DNA of 37,210 nucleotides from Escherichia coli (GTDB lineage Bacteria; Pseudomonadota; Gammaproteobacteria; Enterobacterales; Enterobacteriaceae): NCBI RefSeq assembly GCF_003334385.1, contig NZ_QOWN01000043.1; one strand, 5' to 3'. Shown piece by piece: positions 29,132 to 37,210 of this stretch (position 1 is its first letter; each line of letters starts with the position of its first letter). The notes under the pieces were generated by a model. It saw only the letters and a program-made list of their open reading frames with translations, ran no database searches and was not told where the DNA came from. The position numbers and the translations under genes were made by a program.

Positions 29132-29208
29132 TGGCGGAACGGACGGGACTCGAACCCGCGACCCCCTGCGTGACAGGCAGGTATTCTAACCGACTGAACT
29201 ACCGCTCC
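29132..29208 (-). tRNA. aspV: tRNA-Asp (GUC)
   Basis: Reverse complement reads GGAGCGGTAGTTCAGTCGGTTAGAATACCTGCCTGTCACGCAGGGGGTCGCGGGTTCGAGTCCCGTCCGTTCCGCCA, the canonical E. coli tRNA-Asp with encoded CCA. Confidence 0.97.
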
Positions 29209-29340
29209 GCGTTGTGTTCCGTTGGGAACGAGGCGAATATTACGGATTGCCTCGACCTTCGTCAACGGTTTTTCTCATCTTTTGAATCGTTTGCTGCAAA
29301 AATCGCCCAAGTCGCTATTTTTAGCGCCTTTCACAGGTAT

Positions 29341-30072
29341 TTATGCTCGCCAGAGGCAACTTCCGCCTTTCTTCTGCACCAGATCGAGACGGGCTTCATG
29401 AGCTGCAATCTCTTCATCTGTCGCAAAAACAACGCGTAACTTACTTGCCTGACGTACAATGCGCTGAATTGTTGCTTCACCTTGTTGCTGTTGTGTCTCT
29501 CCTTCCATCGCAAAAGCCATCGACGTTTGACCACCGGTCATCGCCAGATAAACTTCCGCAAGGATCTGGGCATCGAGTAATGCCCCGTGCAGCGTTCGTT
29601 TACTGTTATCTATTTCGTAGCGAGCACATAACGCATCGAGGCTGTTGCGCTTACCGGGAAACATTTTCCTCGCCACCGCAAGGCTATCGGTGACCTTACA
29701 GAAAGTATTGGTCTTCGGAATATCGCGCTTAAGCAACGAAAACTCGTAGTCCATAAAGCCGATATCGAACGCTGCGTTATGGATCACCAACTCCGCGCCG
29801 CGAATATAGTCCATGAACTCATCGGCTACTTCGGCAAACGTGGGCTTATCGAGCAAAAATTCATCGGCAATACCATGTACGCCAAAGGCTTCCGGATCCA
29901 CCAGCCGATCGGGTTTGAGATAAACATGGAAGTTATTGCCCGTCAGGCGACGGTTCACCACTTCAACGGCACCAATCTCAATGATCTTGTGGCCTTCATA
30001 GTGCGCACCAATCTGGTTCATACCGGTGGTTTCGGTATCGAGAACGATCTGGCGTGTAATTGCAGTGCTCAT
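29341..30072 (-). CDS. dnaQ: DNA polymerase III epsilon subunit (3'-5' proofreading exonuclease)
   Basis: Product [22 protein letters not shown].., the E. coli DnaQ sequence; start taken at the internal Met to give the 243-aa protein. Confidence 0.95.
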
Positions 30073-30136
30073 AGCGGTCATTTATGTCAGACTTGTCGTT
30101 TTACAGTTCGATTCAATTACAGGAAGTCTACCAGAG
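30073..30136. promoter_or_regulatory. Divergent dnaQ/rnhA promoter region
   Basis: Short intergenic spacer between divergently oriented dnaQ and rnhA starts; the arrangement is known for E. coli. Confidence 0.55.
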
Positions 30137-30604
30137 ATGCTTAAACAGGTAGAAATTTTCACCGATGGTTCGTGTCTGGGCAATCCAGGACCTGGGGGTT
30201 ACGGCGCTATTTTACGCTATCGCGGACGCGAGAAAACCTTTAGCGCTGGCTACACCCGCACCACCAACAACCGTATGGAGTTGATGGCCGCTATTGTCGC
30301 GCTGGAGGCGTTAAAAGAACATTGCGAAGTCATTTTGAGTACCGACAGCCAGTATGTCCGCCAGGGTATCACCCAGTGGATCCATAACTGGAAAAAACGT
30401 GGCTGGAAAACCGCAGACAAAAAACCAGTAAAAAATGTCGATCTCTGGCAACGTCTTGATGCTGCATTGGGGCAGCATCAAATCAAATGGGAATGGGTTA
30501 AAGGCCATGCCGGACACCCGGAAAACGAACGCTGTGATGAACTGGCTCGTGCCGCGGCGATGAATCCCACACTGGAAGATACAGGCTACCAAGTTGAAGT
30601 TTAA
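30137..30604 (+). CDS. rnhA: Ribonuclease HI
   Basis: Product [37 protein letters not shown] (155 aa), the E. coli RNase HI sequence. The longer track ORF from 30026 is an upstream in-frame extension. Confidence 0.95.
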
Positions 30605-31323
30605 GCCTGTGGTTTACGACATTGCCGGGTGGCTCCAACCGCCTGGCGAATTCGTGGCTTGTTTTTACTCTGTTTCATCGGATTTAGCGTTAAAGGAATA
30701 GTCCGTTTCCGGGCAACAATAAGTTGTAAGCAACCAAGCGCAGGAATATGCGCATTCAATAGTTTTCCTCCGTGTTTGTTCCACGGGAGAACGTGGAAAC
30801 GGCTGGCGTGTAGCACTTCAAAATTCAACAAAGAGAGCCAGTCCAGCTGCCGCATCAGAGTAAACATCCGGCTGTTATAGGGCGAGGTTTTGCGCAATAC
30901 CGGCACAAGTTTGCGTAATCCCATAAAACTGATGGGATTGAAGCCACTAATGACCAGCCAGCCATCATCAATCAATACCCGATCGGCTTCACGCAATAAA
31001 CGATGCGGATCGGTGCACCACGGCAATGTATGTGCCAGTAGACAAACATCAACGGATTTATCGGCAAAAGGAAGATGAAGTGGGTCCGCCTGTACCTGGA
31101 CGGGCATTCCTTGCGCAGAAACATTCACTTGATGAGAAACCGCGCACGCTTCGCAATTGATTTCTGCGCTTAAATTGCCAATCTTAAGCAGATGAAAACC
31201 ATACATTTTAGTGAACCACGGGTTGAGCTGGCGCTCCAGCGCCTTGCGATAAAGCTTTCCCCAGGGCAAATCGCCCCAGCAATCAGGAGCCACGACAGTT
31301 TGAGGGACTCTTGCCGGTTTCAT
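30601..31323 (-). CDS. yafS: SAM-dependent methyltransferase (YafS-like)
   Basis: Product matches the conserved yafS position convergent with rnhA. Start taken at the second Met (MKPARVPQ..) for a product of about 240 aa; the ORF extends to 31341. Confidence 0.8.
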
Positions 31324-31353
31324 CACAACCTTCCGTTTCACACTGAGAGGTAA

Positions 31354-32112
<759 letters not shown>

Positions 32113-32183
32113 TAAAACTTTCTTGTCATCGGCTCCGTTCGCCGTTATGATCGGTCGTCTTTTAAGCAACTATTGACACACAC

Positions 32184-33542
32184 ATGAAGGCAAAAGCGAT
32201 ATTACTCGCCTCTGTCCTGCTCGTGGGTTGCCAGAGTACCGGCAACGTTCAACAGCACGCACAGAGCCTTTCTGCAGCTGGTCAAGGGGAAGCAGCAAAG
32301 TTTACAAGTCAGGCACGATGGATGGACGATGGGACGTCTATCGCGCCAGATGGTGACTTGTGGGCTTTCATTGGCGACGAGCTAAAGATGGGAATTCCGG
32401 AAAATGACCGGATTCGCGAACAGAAACAGAAATATTTACGCAATAAGAGCTATCTCCACGATGTAACTTTACGGGCAGAGCCGTATATGTACTGGATAGC
32501 AGGGCAAGTTAAAAAACGTAACATGCCTATGGAACTGGTACTACTACCCATAGTGGAGAGCGCTTTTGATCCTCACGCAACGTCTGGCGCCAATGCCGCA
32601 GGCATCTGGCAGATCATTCCGAGCACGGGGCGCAATTATGGTTTGAAACAGACCCGCAATTATGACGCGCGTCGCGATGTTGTTGCTTCAACAACTGCCG
32701 CGCTGAATATGATGCAGCGTCTGAACAAAATGTTTGACGGCGACTGGCTTCTGACCGTAGCGGCTTATAACAGCGGCGAAGGTCGGGTCATGAAGGCAAT
32801 TAAAACGAACAAAGCGCGTGGGAAATCCACGGACTTCTGGTCGTTACCGTTGCCGCAGGAAACGAAGCAGTACGTGCCTAAAATGCTGGCATTGAGTGAT
32901 ATTCTCAAAAACAGCAAGCGTTATGGCGTACGTCTGCCAACGACCGATGAAAGCCGTGCTCTGGCGCGTGTGCACCTGAGCAGCCCGGTTGAAATGGCGA
33001 AGGTAGCAGATATGGCGGGGATTTCCGTCAGCAAGCTGAAGACATTCAACGCTGGCGTAAAAGGCTCCACGCTGGGCGCAAGTGGCCCGCAGTACGTGAT
33101 GGTGCCAAAGAAGCATGCAGATCAACTGCGTGAATCTCTGGCTTCAGGCGAAATTGCTGCTGTACAGTCGACGCTGGTTGCCGACAATACGCCGCTTAAC
33201 AGCCGTGTTTACACCGTACGCTCTGGCGACACGCTTTCAAGTATCGCTTCACGTCTCGGCGTAAGCACCAAAGATTTGCAGCAGTGGAACAAACTGCGCG
33301 GATCTAAGCTGAAGCCAGGCCAAAGTTTGACGATTGGTGCAGGCAGTAGCGCACAGCGACTGGCAAACAACAGCGATAGCATTACGTATCGTGTGCGCAA
33401 AGGCGATTCGCTTTCAAGCATTGCTAAACGCCACGGCGTGAACATCAAAGATGTGATGCGCTGGAACAGCGACACTGCGAATCTGCAACCAGGCGATAAG
33501 CTGACGTTGTTTGTGAAAAACAACAACATGCCAGATTCCTGA
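32184..33542 (+). CDS. mltD: Membrane-bound lytic murein transglycosylase D
   Basis: 452-aa ORF with a lipoprotein signal (..LLVGCQS..), a transglycosylase core and C-terminal LysM-like repeats (..YTVRSGDTLSSIA.., ..YRVRKGDSLSSIA..). Confidence 0.93.
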   Translation: MKAKAILLASVLLVGCQSTGNVQQHAQSLSAAGQGEAAKFTSQARWMDDGTSIAPDGDLWAFIGDELKMGIPENDRIREQKQKYLRNKSYLHDVTLRAEPYMYWIAGQVKKRNMPMELVLLPIVESAFDPHATSGANAAGIWQIIPSTGRNYGLKQTRNYDARRDVVASTTAALNMMQRLNKMFDGDWLLTVAAYNSGEGRVMKAIKTNKARGKSTDFWSLPLPQETKQYVPKMLALSDILKNSKRYGVRLPTTDESRALARVHLSSPVEMAKVADMAGISVSKLKTFNAGVKGSTLGASGPQYVMVPKKHADQLRESLASGEIAAVQSTLVADNTPLNSRVYTVRSGDTLSSIASRLGVSTKDLQQWNKLRGSKLKPGQSLTIGAGSSAQRLANNSDSITYRVRKGDSLSSIAKRHGVNIKDVMRWNSDTANLQPGDKLTLFVKNNNMPDS

Positions 33543-33560
33543 CAAACCAGATAATAAAAA

Positions 33561-33589
33561 GGCACCGATTCCCCCGGTGCCTTTTTTAT
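33561..33589 (+). terminator. Rho-independent terminator after mltD (probably bidirectional with yafE)
   Basis: Stem ggcaccg / cggtgcc with a 7-nt loop, followed by ttttttattt; preceded by an A-run, so it can also serve the convergent minus-strand gene. Confidence 0.6.
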
Positions 33590-34213
33590 TTATGCCGCTT
33601 TATGTGCATCTACCATGATGATATCACTGGTGAAAAAGCCATCATTCTGCAAGGCAAAATACGTTCTCACCTCTGTCGATGCGCTCTGTTGGTAAATGCG
33701 AATAGCGTCTACTAACGCTTCTGGCGTACGCATTCTCGCGACCCATGAAGAAAATTCCAGCGGTAACTTATCTGTAATTAAATTATCAACTATCAGATTG
33801 GCTTCATTGATTAACGTCAACCACTCACCGCTGGCGTAGTTTCGTACGTGAGAGGTATCGCGTAATGCTTCTACCGTCTGTAACCAGATGTCGCGCACTG
33901 GGTGACCCGGAGACATTACGTCCATCACAATCAGCCTACCGCCAGGTTTCAATATCCTATTCACTTCTCGCAGTGCTGCACCAACATCATGCCAGTGATG
34001 GGCAGAATAACGGCTGATAACAATATCAAATGCGTTATCGGCAAATGGCAGACTTTCGGCATATCCCTGGCGGGTGGTGATATTTTTCAGTTGCCGGGCT
34101 TCGGCAGCTTGTGCCACGACATCCAGCATGTGGGCAGATAAGTCATACGCCACCACCGCGCTCACGTTTTGCGCAGCGCCAAACGTTGGTCTGCCCTGTG
34201 GCAGACCTGACAT
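33590..34213 (-). CDS. yafE: SAM-dependent methyltransferase (YafE-like)
   Basis: 207-aa ORF with a methyltransferase motif (..ILKPGGRLIVMDV..); synteny with mltD and yafD. Confidence 0.85.
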   Translation of the reverse strand: MSGLPQGRPTFGAAQNVSAVVAYDLSAHMLDVVAQAAEARQLKNITTRQGYAESLPFADNAFDIVISRYSAHHWHDVGAALREVNRILKPGGRLIVMDVMSPGHPVRDIWLQTVEALRDTSHVRNYASGEWLTLINEANLIVDNLITDKLPLEFSSWVARMRTPEALVDAIRIYQQSASTEVRTYFALQNDGFFTSDIIMVDAHKAA

Positions 34214-34216
34214 ACC

Positions 34217-35068
<852 letters not shown>

Positions 35069-35257
35069 CTACTGTTATAGGGATTTTAGCTCACTCTTTC
35101 AACGAGCAATTGTATATTGTTATGTAAGCAAGTGCTTACACCGGTCAGAATTTTGCTCATTATGGAGAACATTAAATCGCATGACATATCACGCATCCTG
35201 ATGGTTTAATGACAAATAAATTCAAAATATCTCTTCTATTTTGCAACAGGAGCAAAA

Positions 35258-36172
35258 ATGAAAGCCACGTCGGAAGAACTCGCCATTTTTGTTTCGGTCG
35301 TCGAAAGCGGCAGCTTTAGCCGGGCAGCGGAACAATTAGGGCAAGCAAACTCAGCGGTAAGCCGGGCGGTGAAAAAGCTGGAGATGAAACTTGGCGTTAG
35401 CCTGCTTAATCGGACCACGCGACAACTTAGCCTGACGGAAGAAGGCGAGCGTTATTTTCGTCGCGTACAGTCAATTTTGCAGGAGATGGCAGCGGCAGAA
35501 TCAGAAATTATGGAGACGCGTAATACACCGCGTGGACTGTTACGGATCGATGCCGCAACTCCAGTGGTGCTGCACTTTCTGATGCCGTTAATTAAGCCTT
35601 TCCGTGAACGCTATCCGGAAGTCACTTTGTCGCTAGTCTCCTCCGAAACGATTATTAATTTGATCGAAAGAAAAGTGGATGTCGCGATACGCGCTGGTAC
35701 GTTAACGGATTCCAGCTTACGTGCCAGGCCGTTATTTAACAGTTATCGAAAAATTATCGCCTCCCCCGATTATATTTCCCGCTACGGGAAGCCAGAAACG
35801 ATCGACGATTTAAAGCAACATATTTGCCTGGGATTCACTGAACCCGCTTCCCTCAATACCTGGCCGATAGCCCGTAGCGATGGACAATTACATGAGGTGA
35901 AGTACGGTTTGTCATCCAATAGTGGGGAAACACTGAAACAGCTTTGCCTGAGTGGCAACGGGATTGCGTGTTTGTCCGACTACATGATCGACAAAGAAAT
36001 CGCTCGCGGAGAATTGGTGGAGTTAATGGCAGATAAAGTGTTGCCAGTGGAAATGCCATTCAGTGCCGTCTATTACAGCGACCGTGCGGTAAGTACGCGC
36101 ATCCGGGCTTTTATCGATTTCCTTAGCGAGCATGTAAAAACAGCTCCCGGAGGAGCTGTCAGAGAGGCTTAA
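35258..36172 (+). CDS. yafC: LysR-family transcriptional regulator (YafC-like)
   Basis: 304-aa ORF with an N-terminal LysR helix-turn-helix region (..[23 protein letters not shown]..) and a substrate-binding-domain C-terminus; divergent from yafD. Confidence 0.88.
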
Positions 36173-36972
36173 TCCCATTCAGGAGCCAGACCTTCCGGGC
36201 TAACCAGGCGGTCGTTGCAATCCAGTGCGGCGATCGCTTTTTTATCTTCGGCATCAAGCTGTAAATTTTGTGCCTTAAGATTACTTTCCAGGTTTTTACG
36301 TTTAGTAGAAGAAGGAATTACTGAGTAACCTTCCCCCATAGCCCACGCCAGAATCACTTGTGCCGGAGTCGCATTGTGTTTAGCTGCGATACGAGCAATA
36401 ACCTCATCTTTCAGGGCCTTACCATACGCCAGCGTCATATAGGAAGTAATATGGATGCCGTGCTGTTTAGCCCAGGCAACCACTTTACGGTTTTGCAGAT
36501 AAGGAGAGAGTTCAATCTGGTTAGTAGCGATGTTTTCAGCACCAACAGCAGCAATCGCTTTTTCCATCAACGGGATCGTGAAGTTGGAAATACCGATCTC
36601 ACGCGTCAGCCCTTGTTTTTTGGCTTCCAGCAGCGCCTGCATAAACTCTTCAACAGAGACTTCATCGTTTGGTGACGGCCAGTGGATTAGCGTCAGATCA
36701 ACATAATCGGTACGCAATTTTTGCAGGCTCTCTTTCAGACTTGGGATCAATTTGTCTTTGCTGAGATTTTCAATCCAGATTTTAGTGGTGATGTAGAGTT
36801 CATGACGTGGCACGCCACTTTCTGCAATCGCCTGACCTACTGCGGCTTCGTTATCATAGATTTGTGCGGTATCAATTGCGCGATAACCAAGTTCAAGCGC
36901 CGTTATCACAGATGAAATAACAACGTCGTCTTTCAGACGGAAAGTACCTAAACCAAATGCAGGGATAGCCAT
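36169..36972 (-). CDS. dkgB: Aldo-keto reductase (2,5-diketo-D-gluconate reductase B-like)
   Basis: 267-aa [29 protein letters not shown].., an aldo-keto reductase signature; matches E. coli DkgB in length and position. Confidence 0.9.
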
Positions 36973-37094
36973 AATATGCCTCTTTTAATGCTATTTTCGT
37001 TAACTGAGGTGATTATGGGCTTCAGACTGTTGAGGAAAAAGAGCGTAAAATGCAGAGGATTTTTGCGATTCTGGCAATAATAGATATACAGACG

Positions 37095-37122
37095 AAAAAA
37101 AACCTCGAGCGTTAACTCGAGG
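37095..37122 (-). terminator. Rho-independent terminator of the second tRNA-Asp
   Basis: Perfect palindrome cctcgag cgttaa ctcgagg preceded on the plus strand by aaaaaaaa, which is a T-run after the stem on the minus strand. Confidence 0.55.
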
Positions 37123-37134
37123 CTTCTTAATAAG

Positions 37135-37210
37135 TGGCGGAACGGACGGGACTCGAACCCGCGACCCCCTGCGTGACAGGCAGGTATTCTAACCGACTGA
37201 ACTACCGCTC
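37135..37210 (-). tRNA. aspU: tRNA-Asp (GUC), second copy; the window end cuts its 5' base
   Basis: Same sequence as the tRNA at 29132-29208 (tggcggaacggacgggactcgaacccgcgaccccctgcgtgacaggcaggtattctaaccgactgaactaccgctc). Its position after dkgB matches the aspU arrangement I recall for E. coli. Confidence 0.95.

Noticed and set aside
29341..30604. Apparent overlap of dnaQ and rnhA in the ORF track (29341-30081 versus 30026-30604)
   Set aside because: Artefact of the longest-ORF extension of rnhA. With starts at 30072 (dnaQ) and 30137 (rnhA) the genes are divergent and non-overlapping.

Overview
Enterobacterial (E. coli-like) chromosomal window; the rnhA and dnaQ products read as the E. coli proteins. 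Positions 1-28000 are a type VI secretion system (T6SS) island next to a tRNA-Asp (aspV-like); 28000-37210 are conserved core genes (yafT-like lipoprotein, tRNA-Asp, dnaQ, rnhA, yafS, gloB, mltD, yafE, yafD, yafC, dkgB, and a second tRNA-Asp cut by the window end). The T6SS has a minus-strand arm, hcp then vgrG then a PAAR-Rhs gene that runs off the window start. Divergent from it across an AT-rich ~700 bp control region is a plus-strand arm: tssB, a 74-aa ORF, tssC, tssE, tssF, tssG, FHA/tagH, tssJ, tssK (apparently frameshifted), tssL, clpV, vasI-like, tssA, tssM, vasL-like. The gene order matches the Vibrio cholerae vas cluster but without the sigma-54 activator vasH. The most interesting part is an AT-rich cargo module at the distal end: a divergent second hcp, an unannotatable 304-aa protein with a glycine-zipper transmembrane C-terminus, and a 159-aa polytopic membrane protein, which together look like an Hcp-carried effector/immunity pair. 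Also notable are the 74-aa ORF, which mimics a conserved TssC N-terminal motif, and the tssK frameshift. No CRISPR array, IS element or integrase was seen. All calls come from reading the sequence and the supplied ORF translations; no database search was run.
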